Source of the DNA: a virus
Virus record (IMG/VR): IMGVR_UViG_3300006147_000011
Strand: one strand, 5' to 3'
Length of the DNA: 64,000 nt
The stretch's first letter is position 1. Each line of letters begins with the position of its first letter. A model generated the notes under the pieces. It was not told where the DNA came from, ran no database searches, and was given only the letters and a program-made list of their open reading frames with translations. The translations under genes and the position numbers were made by a program. Of this stretch, positions 27,596 to 35,583 are shown one piece after another.

Positions 27596-28207
27596 ATGAC
27601 AAACAATTACTCTAACATCACGTTGCTGGTAGATATGGATGATACCATTGAAAATCTAATACCGGCGTGGGTTGAGTGGCTCAATAATAAGCACAGCACA
27701 AACGTCAAACCAGATGACGTTACGGACTGGAATATGCAAAAATTCTATCCGAAGTTGAGTATTGACGAGGTATATGCTCCGCTTTATATCGATGAGTTTT
27801 GGACGACAATTGAACCCAAGCAGGACGCTATCTACTACCTATCCAAAATTAACGAAATGGGGTTTAACCTATATATTTGCACGAACTCAAATTATAAAAC
27901 TATTCGATGCAAATTGGAACACATTATTGATCAATATTTCCCTTTTATTTCTTGGAATCAAGTAATCAACATTGCCCACAAACAATTGATAAATGCAGAT
28001 ATTTTGGTTGACGATGGCATTCATAATTTGATTGGCGGGTCGTACAGAAAAATATTGATGACCGCATACCACAATAGAGATTACGACGCACAAAGCAACG
28101 GTATGGTTAGAGTACATAATTGGGAAGATGCGTTCGATAAGATTATCGAATACTCTGACCAACTATTAAAAAGTAAACACGGAGAACAACTAAATGCAGA
28201 TTATTAA
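27596..28207 (+). CDS. HAD-superfamily 5'(3')-deoxyribonucleotidase (NT5C-like)
   Basis: LLVDMDDTIENL (DxDxT motif I) and overall NT5C pattern. Confidence 0.55.
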   Translation: MTNNYSNITLLVDMDDTIENLIPAWVEWLNNKHSTNVKPDDVTDWNMQKFYPKLSIDEVYAPLYIDEFWTTIEPKQDAIYYLSKINEMGFNLYICTNSNYKTIRCKLEHIIDQYFPFISWNQVINIAHKQLINADILVDDGIHNLIGGSYRKILMTAYHNRDYDAQSNGMVRVHNWEDAFDKIIEYSDQLLKSKHGEQLNADY

Positions 28208-30329
28208 AAAAGACGGAACATTATCGGAATATAATGACGAAAAAATTGTGAGCGCGATAAGCAAATCTGCCGAGCGCGTAATGGTTAATTTCACCGACGA
28301 AGAAGTTAAAAAAGTTTGTGATAAGGTAAAATCAAGGCTGCCACAACAAAACGAGATTAGCATACTTGAAATGCACCGACTGGTTGAAACCGCACTCGAT
28401 GAGGTAAACCCAAAGGTTGCAAAAAGTTATCGTGACTACCGCAATTACAAGCAAGATTTCGTTCACATTCTCGATAAGGTATTTAAGAAATCTCAGACAA
28501 TTCGATACATAGGTGACAGAGATAACGCGAATACAGACAGCGCACTCGTCCCCACTCAAAGAAGCCTGATCTACAATGAACTCAACGGAGAACTATACAA
28601 GAAGTTTTTCCTTAACGTAGAAGAACGTGCGGCAATGAATGAAGGGTTTATTTATATCCACGACAGATCGGCACGTTTAGACACGATGAACTGTTGCCTG
28701 TTTAATATAGCCAAAGTTCTTGCCGGCGGCTTTGAAATGGGCAACGTGTGGTACACCGAACCAAAGACGCTTGACGTTGCGTTTGACGTTATCAGCGACA
28801 TCACTATCAGCGCGGCGGCTTGCCAATATGGCGGTTTCACAATCCCAAGGGTTGACACTATCTTGGCACCATATGCACAAAAAAGCTATGAAAAATACAA
28901 ACGCGAGTTTTATGCTATCGCATCGGCATTGAACAATTCGGGTAAGACAGTAGACGAGCAAGCCGACGTATATGCCGAACGTAAAGTACGCCGCGATTTT
29001 GAACAAGGCTTCCAATCTTGGGAGTATCGTTTCAACACCGTCGGCAGTAGTCGCGGCGACTACCCTTTCATTGCCACATCCTTTGGAATTGGAACAAGCC
29101 GCTGGGAGCAAATGGCTACGGAAGTTATCTTAAAAACTCGAATGGGTGGTCAGGGCGCGGACGGTCATAAGAAACCCGTTCTCTTCCCCAAACTCACATT
29201 CTTGTATGATAAGAACTTACACGGCGAAGGTAAGCCTATGGAATATCTGTTTGATGCGGCGGTTGAATGCTCAAGCAAATCTATGTACCCAGACTTCCTT
29301 TCCCTTACGGGCGAAGGTTACATACCGAGTATGTACAAAAAGTACGGCAAGGTTGTATCTCTCATGGGGTGTCGTGCATCTCTCTCGCCTTGGTATGAAC
29401 GCGGCGGAATGGAACCGGCAGACGACAATGATGTTCCCGTGTTTGAAGGCAGATTCAACCTCGGCGCAATTAGTCTGCACCTCCCTATGATACTACAAAA
29501 ATCAAGACAAGAAAACAGAGATTTTTATGAGGTGCTTGACTACTATCTTCAACTCATAAGGGGACTGCATAAAAAGACTTACGATTATCTGGGCGAAAAA
29601 CTTGCCTCTACAAATCCGCTTGGATATTGTCAAGGCGGTTTCTACGGCGGGACACTTAATCCTGACGACAAAATTAAACCCCTGCTCAAACCTATGACAA
29701 TGAGCTTCGGTATCACTGCCTTGAACGAACTTCAACAACTATACAACAAAAAATCGATTGTGGAAGACGGCGAGTTTGCCTTAGAAGTAATGACCTACAT
29801 CAACAAAAGAGTCACAGAATTTAAGAAAGAAGACAACATTCTATATGCGATCTACGGAACGCCGGCAGAGAGTTTGGCTGGGTTGCAAGTTGAACAATTC
29901 AGGAAGAAATACGGAATAATTCAAAACGTTTCCGATAGGCTATATGTTTCAAACAGCTTCCATTGCGGAGTTTGGGAAGACATCACACCCATCGAAAAGC
30001 AAGATTATGAGCGCCGCTTCTGGGATTTATTTAACGGTGGCAAGATACAATACTGCCGCTACCCTGTCGCCTATAATAAAGATGCCATTAAGACGCTCAT
30101 CAGACGCGCAATGGACTTTGGCTTCTACGAGGGTGTAAACCTTTCGCTGTCCTACTGTGAAGATTGTGGTTACGAACAGTTAGATATGGATAAATGCCCG
30201 AAGTGCGGCAGCGAACTCATCACAAAGATTGACCGAATGAACGGCTATCTTGGTTACACGAGAGTACACGGACGCACGAGATACAATGACGCAAAGAACG
30301 CCGAAATCAAAGATAGGATTTCAATGTGA
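28194..30329 (+). CDS. nrdD: anaerobic ribonucleoside-triphosphate reductase NrdD (class III RNR)
   Basis: N-terminal ATP-cone (MQIIKKDGTLSEYNDEKIVSAI), C-terminal zinc ribbon CEDCGY...CPKCGS and glycyl-radical-like RMNGYLGYTRV. Confidence 0.75.
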   Translation: MQIIKKDGTLSEYNDEKIVSAISKSAERVMVNFTDEEVKKVCDKVKSRLPQQNEISILEMHRLVETALDEVNPKVAKSYRDYRNYKQDFVHILDKVFKKSQTIRYIGDRDNANTDSALVPTQRSLIYNELNGELYKKFFLNVEERAAMNEGFIYIHDRSARLDTMNCCLFNIAKVLAGGFEMGNVWYTEPKTLDVAFDVISDITISAAACQYGGFTIPRVDTILAPYAQKSYEKYKREFYAIASALNNSGKTVDEQADVYAERKVRRDFEQGFQSWEYRFNTVGSSRGDYPFIATSFGIGTSRWEQMATEVILKTRMGGQGADGHKKPVLFPKLTFLYDKNLHGEGKPMEYLFDAAVECSSKSMYPDFLSLTGEGYIPSMYKKYGKVVSLMGCRASLSPWYERGGMEPADDNDVPVFEGRFNLGAISLHLPMILQKSRQENRDFYEVLDYYLQLIRGLHKKTYDYLGEKLASTNPLGYCQGGFYGGTLNPDDKIKPLLKPMTMSFGITALNELQQLYNKKSIVEDGEFALEVMTYINKRVTEFKKEDNILYAIYGTPAESLAGLQVEQFRKKYGIIQNVSDRLYVSNSFHCGVWEDITPIEKQDYERRFWDLFNGGKIQYCRYPVAYNKDAIKTLIRRAMDFGFYEGVNLSLSYCEDCGYEQLDMDKCPKCGSELITKIDRMNGYLGYTRVHGRTRYNDAKNAEIKDRISM

Positions 30330-30336
30330 GGCAGAT

Positions 30337-30846
30337 ATGAATTACCATAATATTTTGCATGACAATATGCTGAACGGCGACGGCTTACGTGTTGTTCTTT
30401 TTGTGTCGGGTTGCGAGCACAACTGCAAAGGGTGCCACAACCCACAAACCCACGACCCATTGTCTGGAATTGAGTTCACACAAGCAGAAGAAGACGAGAT
30501 TTTTGAACAACTTTCTAAGCCGTATATTCAAGGGTTGACACTCACGGGCGGCGATCCCTTACATCCCTGCAACTACGAAACCCTTCTTAAACTTTGCAAG
30601 ACAATTAAGAAAAAGTTTCCGAATAAAAACATTTGGCTCTACACTGGATATCGTGTTGAAGATATCCCAGAGGAGATGAAAGAAATCTTCCAATATATCG
30701 ACACTGTCGTTGACGGACGATTTGTTGAAGAATTGAAAGACGTTAATCTCCCTTATATTGGTTCATCCAATCAAAGGATTATCCGCTTAAATAAACGAAT
30801 ATCTGCCACGCTCAACTTTGGCATTTTTAATGGAGTACATAAGTAA
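30337..30846 (+). CDS. nrdG: anaerobic RNR activating enzyme NrdG (radical SAM)
   Basis: GDGLRVVLFVSGCEHNCKGCHN (CxxxCxxC) right after nrdD; ATG 30337. Confidence 0.7.
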   Translation: MNYHNILHDNMLNGDGLRVVLFVSGCEHNCKGCHNPQTHDPLSGIEFTQAEEDEIFEQLSKPYIQGLTLTGGDPLHPCNYETLLKLCKTIKKKFPNKNIWLYTGYRVEDIPEEMKEIFQYIDTVVDGRFVEELKDVNLPYIGSSNQRIIRLNKRISATLNFGIFNGVHK

Positions 30847-31329
30847 ATGATAAAATTTGAAAAGATAAGCAAAAAGCAATTTAACATCGACGTCAAAGAT
30901 AATGAAATTCCTTGCTCTTACTCGCAGATTATATTGCCGCGCAGGGCTACGAAAGCAAGCGCTGGTTATGATTTTTTCTCACTCGTTTCATTCAGTCTTG
31001 CCCCAGGTGAACAAATAAAAATTCCAACTGGTATTCGCATCATATTGCCAGAAGATAGGTTCCTAATGATAGTGCCGCGTAGTAGCTTGGGGTTTAAGTA
31101 CAGGCTCCAGCTCAACAATACGGCAGGCATCATAGACTCCGATTATGCTTACTCCGATAACGAAGGACATATATGGATTAAGATTACAAACGACTCTAAA
31201 GACGGCAAAAAATTACATATCACCACCGGTGATGCAATAGCTCAAGGGATAATTCTTCCCTTCTTCAAAACTGATGATGACACCACGGACACAGCAAGAA
31301 ATGGCGGTCTCGGTAGCACCTCAAAATAA
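30847..31329 (+). CDS. dut: dUTP diphosphatase
   Basis: RRATKASAGYDF, IKIPTGIRI, GIIDSDY motifs of trimeric dUTPase. Confidence 0.75.
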   Translation: MIKFEKISKKQFNIDVKDNEIPCSYSQIILPRRATKASAGYDFFSLVSFSLAPGEQIKIPTGIRIILPEDRFLMIVPRSSLGFKYRLQLNNTAGIIDSDYAYSDNEGHIWIKITNDSKDGKKLHITTGDAIAQGIILPFFKTDDDTTDTARNGGLGSTSK

Positions 31330-31499
31330 GACTTTAGAGCGACATTAACTGGCTTTGATAACTTCTTCGAGAAACTCAATGAAGTGTCACAGCGGTTAAA
31401 TGGCGCAGCCAGAATGGCAATTAAGCGGCATTATTATAACACGCGGTAAGCTCAATAATCCGCTTGCAGTTTCATTTTCAGCATAAATATTAAAAAATA

Positions 31500-31534
31500 A
31501 GGGCGACCATTAAAAAAGGTACGCCCTATTTTTA
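31500..31534 (+). terminator. rho-independent terminator (GGGCGACC ... GGTACGCCC + T-run)
   Basis: Stem 31500-31509 / 31518-31527 followed by TATTTTTATT. Confidence 0.5.
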
Positions 31535-31611
31535 TTCACATAAAAGTCATCTTTTATTTAGAATTTTTACCCGCTCCTCTCATACATAAAAAATCTAAGG
31601 AGCATTAACTT

Positions 31612-32316
31612 ATGAAGAACAACCAAAACATCCCACGCAACTTGCCCGAACTCGCCGAGATAATGAAGCTTATAACCAGCGGTTCATACTCGGTTAGCCA
31701 AAGCAAATTCATCGGAGACATTTTTGAGTGTGGTGCCATTACGATATCGAACATCGTAAATCTATTCGAGAAGAAAGAACGCAGCGAAAGATACGCTCAA
31801 ATTATGGACTCCTACTCTGAACGAGACCGCTCGCTTATGCGCACGATATTGGGAAAGATATTTGACCTCTTATCGTCTGTCGTCGAAGACAACGGAAGAT
31901 TCCACGATTATCTTGGCGAACTCTATATGTGTTGTAATCAAGGCAACGACAGAACAGGACAATTCTTCACTCCGTATGATGTATCAAAGTTTATGGCTAA
32001 GGTGTCAATAGGCAGTGATATCGTCGAAGTAGCCAAGCAAGACAAAGTAATCTCGATAAGTGACCCGTGCTGTGGAGCTGGCGGAATGCTACTCGCCGCG
32101 ATTGATGTTATAAAGAATGATTATGGTATCAATTATACGCGAAGTTGTCTGTTTGAGGGATGCGACATTGATATACGATGTGTGCATATGTGTTATCTAC
32201 AGCTCTCACTCGCCGGCGCGTCTGCCATAGTTAAACATCAAAACACTTTAACTAATGAGCAATGGAGTATCTGGCGTACACCCGCATATATGCTGCAATA
32301 TCCGCATTTCAAATAA
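31612..32316 (+). CDS. truncated N6-adenine DNA methyltransferase (HsdM-like) fragment lacking catalytic motif IV
   Basis: GQFFTPYDVSKF (FFTP) and SAM motif I ISDPCCGAGGMLLAA present; ORF stops before any NPPF/NPPY motif; own terminator follows. Confidence 0.5.
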   Translation: MKNNQNIPRNLPELAEIMKLITSGSYSVSQSKFIGDIFECGAITISNIVNLFEKKERSERYAQIMDSYSERDRSLMRTILGKIFDLLSSVVEDNGRFHDYLGELYMCCNQGNDRTGQFFTPYDVSKFMAKVSIGSDIVEVAKQDKVISISDPCCGAGGMLLAAIDVIKNDYGINYTRSCLFEGCDIDIRCVHMCYLQLSLAGASAIVKHQNTLTNEQWSIWRTPAYMLQYPHFK

Positions 32317-32324
32317 GAAAAAGA

Positions 32325-32366
32325 AGGCGACCTGTGGAAACTAATCCATAGATCGCCTATTTTTTT
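32325..32366. terminator. bidirectional intrinsic terminator (AGGCGACC ... GATCGCCT + T7)
   Basis: Hairpin 32325-32358 flanked by A-run upstream and T-run downstream; lies between convergent genes. Confidence 0.5.
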
Positions 32367-32790
32367 ATTCATTAAAATACTTATCTCCGAGCCGCGTAGC
32401 CCAACCCTCAAACCAAATACTGTCGTAATCTGGCAATTCGTGATACGTCTTTTTACCGCTCCGTACAACTATCTCTCGGTACCAATATCGAATACAAGAC
32501 GGTATGCTTACCAAGAACGGCATAAATACGCCCAGCATTATGTTCTGTAAGCCGTGCCCGCTCTCGTGGCGTCTGATACTATAAGTCGGGTTCTTGTTAG
32601 TTACGAAGAAGCACCCACACTCAAAGCCGCCCCAATTCTCTCCTACTTCAAAATATATGAAATAATGAAACCTATGAGGCTTGTGCCCCGTCACCATCAA
32701 TGCGATAGCAACAAGGCAGCCCACCAATGTCATCGGCAGCCCCCACGTAAAGGATGCCACCCAAAATCCAATAGCTTTAAGCGTTTTCAT
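32365..32790 (-). CDS. integral membrane protein (2-3 TM), unknown function
   Basis: Hydrophobic segments FWVASFTWGLPMTLVGCLVAIALMV and LGVFMPFLVSI. Confidence 0.45.
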   Translation of the reverse strand: MKTLKAIGFWVASFTWGLPMTLVGCLVAIALMVTGHKPHRFHYFIYFEVGENWGGFECGCFFVTNKNPTYSIRRHESGHGLQNIMLGVFMPFLVSIPSCIRYWYREIVVRSGKKTYHELPDYDSIWFEGWATRLGDKYFNE

Positions 32791-33181
32791 TTGTGCTCTC
32801 GCTTATGGTCTTATTCTTCAAGTCGTAGATAACAGACTCAATTGTGTTAGAAATCCACGTCTTAATATCACCGAAGTTGCTCTCAATCCATTTCTTCGAG
32901 TCATCCGTCAGCTGCGCCAATGCCATTTCACCAGCTTTCGATAGTGCTTCTTTTTGCGCTTCTGCTGTAAACATATTCTTGTCTTTCAACGATTGCACGT
33001 AAGTTTGATATGTGGTTTTGACGGCGCGTGTAATCACGTCTACCGCACTTGTGAGATACTTTGCATATTTGCTATTAGCCAGTTTGGAGTTAATTAACGC
33101 AATAAGGCGTTCTGCACCCCAGCTCACCAAAGCAGTCAAAACGATGCCGATGATTGAAAGTAAAATTGCTTGCCAATCCAT
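32777..33181 (-). CDS. holin-like protein (N-terminal TM plus hydrophilic coiled tail; LL-H-holin-like architecture)
   Basis: MDWQAILLSIIGIVLTALVSWG TM then charged region; overlaps the downstream membrane protein. Confidence 0.4.
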   Translation of the reverse strand: MDWQAILLSIIGIVLTALVSWGAERLIALINSKLANSKYAKYLTSAVDVITRAVKTTYQTYVQSLKDKNMFTAEAQKEALSKAGEMALAQLTDDSKKWIESNFGDIKTWISNTIESVIYDLKNKTISESTNENA

Positions 33182-33235
33182 ATACTACCTCCTAATTATA
33201 AAGCGAGTACCCAAGGCGGCACTCGCTGTTTCTGT

Positions 33236-34354
33236 TTACGACCAATAGAATAATCGCACATAAAGGTCGTGTATTCTTTGCCTTGCCCAATATGAGTTAA
33301 ATTTGAGCTGATGACCACGCCACGAACACCACGATGTCGTAACATCTTCAAATGTCATCTTACCCTCTTCAACCCAACGCTTGAACTTTTTAAGTTTTCT
33401 GCGCATAAGCGTAATATTTTTCTTGTGCGGCTTGCGTATTATCTTTCCCGTTTTCGTTAAAATGAAATGTGTTTTGAGAAAATTGATACCACGACTTAAT
33501 TTAATTATCTGGGTTTTCTTTGGATTTAGCTTTATACCAAGTTCGGTACAAATCTCCGTAATCTTTTGCAGACAGTATTTTAAGTGTTCTTTGTCGTGGT
33601 GTATTAAGCATCCATCGTCCATATAACGACAGTAATACTTAATACCTAAATCTTCCTTTATATAGTGATCCATTTTATTTGGGAGAGCTAACGCGCAACT
33701 CTGCGATATTTGACTACCTAACCCAAGTCCGTTCTCGCCGAAGTCGTCAACAAGTTGTTTGACGATAGCATACAACCTATCGTCCGTGATTTTCTCGCGC
33801 AAAATTTTCAACAGCGCAACGTGGTTAATGCTGTTAAAGTATTTCGAGAAATCAAAAACGAGGGCGTAACCCTCGCTGCCGTGTTGTCTATAATACTTTT
33901 CCAAATGTCTGTTCATTCGGTTAAGTGCAAAGTCTATTCCGCGAAGTTTAATGCAAGCTCCGTTATCATAGATAAAAGAACGCTTCAAAATCGGAACAAG
34001 ACTGTAATCGCATAGGCACCGTTGAACAACTCGCTCACTAATATGAACGCTTTGTATATGTCTTGCCTTGCCTCGTTCGATTATATTAAACTCATAAAAT
34101 CCTTTGCTTTTGAATGTTCCGTCACGCAACATTTTATATGTAGAATTTACGTTGAGCAGAGCATTCGTTCTGTATTTGTGGGTGCTGGATTTCCAGCCCA
34201 CCCCTTTGCAACATTGTTTGTAACTGTGATACAAGTTATCAAACGTGAAAACTTTATCGTAATCACAATAAATTTCATCAAATTTCCTTTTCTTCTCGAG
34301 ACGTCTTTGTTTGCGTCTCTGATACCTTAATTCATGTCTTTCCTTGCTATTCAT
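33236..34354 (-). CDS. diversity-generating retroelement (DGR) reverse transcriptase
   Basis: RT motifs including YCRYMDDGCLI (YxDD), 372 aa; located immediately 3' of the TR/VR pair. Confidence 0.8.
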   Translation of the reverse strand: MNSKERHELRYQRRKQRRLEKKRKFDEIYCDYDKVFTFDNLYHSYKQCCKGVGWKSSTHKYRTNALLNVNSTYKMLRDGTFKSKGFYEFNIIERGKARHIQSVHISERVVQRCLCDYSLVPILKRSFIYDNGACIKLRGIDFALNRMNRHLEKYYRQHGSEGYALVFDFSKYFNSINHVALLKILREKITDDRLYAIVKQLVDDFGENGLGLGSQISQSCALALPNKMDHYIKEDLGIKYYCRYMDDGCLIHHDKEHLKYCLQKITEICTELGIKLNPKKTQIIKLSRGINFLKTHFILTKTGKIIRKPHKKNITLMRRKLKKFKRWVEEGKMTFEDVTTSWCSWRGHQLKFNSYWARQRIHDLYVRLFYWS

Positions 34355-34570
34355 AAAAATTATATACCTTGTACAGTGAAATCATTGTGGGAAAATAACT
34401 GCATAGTGATACCTACCATTAAACGCGCTACCACAATCACGCGCAATGCAAGAAGCGTCCGGTAGACCACATCAAAATATTCATTTATCCTTGCGGAAAG
34501 GTCATAAACCCCTTTTGTACTTGCGCTGATTTCGTTCCTCTATGGGAATTACTGTGTCTGGCATTATCGT

Positions 34571-34695
34571 ACAAAATCCGAAAGCGACGCCGTTACTGTT
34601 GTTGGCATTGTTGTTATTGCTGTTACCGTTGCTGTTGACATAGCAGAAGTTGTTGCTATTATTGTAATACGGAGAGCGAAGCCACCAGTTGCACG
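34571..34695 (-). repeat. DGR template repeat (TR), about 125 bp
   Basis: 108/125 identical to VR 35590-35714; all 17 mismatches fall on + strand T (TR-strand A); Asn-codon-rich when translated. Confidence 0.85.
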
Positions 34696-34742
34696 CCACG
34701 ACAAATGTAAATCGGTTCATAACCTATATATAAAAAATCGCC

Positions 34743-35162
34743 TTAAGACTCGTTTGGAGTTTCTTTAAGACGTTCTTTATCTTTTTTCTTTACTGCGGAA
34801 ATCAGTTTGGCTTCTTTTTCGATTAAGTCCATCCAAGCACACCAAGTGTTCGACTTAACTTCTTCTCCAAACATTTCTTTCGCAACATCAAGTTGGGAAA
34901 TTAAGCATTGCAAATCGCAATTTGCCCTCGTGAGATAATCTCTACGCATCTGTATTTCCAGCTCACCGGAAGGGAAAACGCTGTTTGCTGCTTTGACATT
35001 GTTGTACACCGATTGCGATAGTCTCACAATTTCGGTAGTAATAAAAAAGGTATATCGTTTAGGAAATTTGACACAATTTCGTAAGGTGAAAATCTCTAAC
35101 TGTCTTGCAGTGTCTATGAATTGTAATTGTGATTCATTTCTGTTACTTTTAAGTACCGCCAT
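34743..35162 (-). CDS. avd: DGR accessory variability determinant (Avd)-like small helical protein
   Basis: 139-aa helical, basic ORF placed between target and TR as in canonical DGR cassettes. Confidence 0.55.
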   Translation of the reverse strand: MAVLKSNRNESQLQFIDTARQLEIFTLRNCVKFPKRYTFFITTEIVRLSQSVYNNVKAANSVFPSGELEIQMRRDYLTRANCDLQCLISQLDVAKEMFGEEVKSNTWCAWMDLIEKEAKLISAVKKKDKERLKETPNES

Positions 35163-35194
35163 CTTTATCTCCTTATTGTGTCAGTATTATTTTT

Positions 35195-35515
35195 TTATTC
35201 TTCTGTTTCTTCCCGATCTTCATTTTCGGGTTGAACATACTTAATTGCCTCAAAATATTCGTTATCTTTGATGTCTATATCTCCTATCAGAACAGACGGA
35301 CTCGCGCCGAGACCAAGATATCTATCGACGTTATCTTGAGGGTTCTTCATATACCATCCGACATTATCGCCCGAAAATTTATATATCAAGTGATAGTTGC
35401 CGCATATATGTAGTTCGTTGTTAGCAATATACCCTTGTCCGTTCGCCGCGACGAAGATTAACTTCTCTGCTTCGTTGTGCGGTTCGAGCGTAGGTTTGAA
35501 ATAGAATTGCTCCAT
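35195..35515 (-). CDS. hypothetical protein (106 aa) inside the DGR cassette
   Basis: ORF with acidic C-terminus; RBS GGAGG upstream. Confidence 0.4.
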   Translation of the reverse strand: MEQFYFKPTLEPHNEAEKLIFVAANGQGYIANNELHICGNYHLIYKFSGDNVGWYMKNPQDNVDRYLGLGASPSVLIGDIDIKDNEYFEAIKYVQPENEDREETEE

Positions 35516-35531
35516 ACTTGTCCTCCTTGTT

Positions 35532-35552
35532 AATTTTTAATTCCGCCACATT
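35532..35552. other. perfect 8-bp stem / 5-nt loop hairpin (TCCGCCAC-ATTGC-GTGGCGGA) 38 nt past the VR end
   Basis: Read directly; no T-run on the coding (-) strand, so not a canonical terminator; position matches DGR VR-flanking hairpins. Confidence 0.5.
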
Positions 35553-35583
35553 GCGTGGCGGATTTCTTTGTTTTGATATGAGA

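Noticed and set aside
32365-33181. Expected endolysin next to the holin-like genes
   Set aside because: Neither ORF shows a muramidase, amidase or peptidase motif. The lysin may be elsewhere or outside the window, so no lysin feature is called.
33755-34330. + strand ORFs (86 and 102 aa) inside the RT gene
   Set aside because: Antisense to a well-supported reverse transcriptase ORF; no RBS.
34502-34720. 72-aa - strand ORF 'MNRFTFVVACNWWLRSPYYNNSNN...'
   Set aside because: This is the DGR template repeat read as protein (Asn-rich because the TR is adenine-rich). The TR functions as RNA, not as a CDS.
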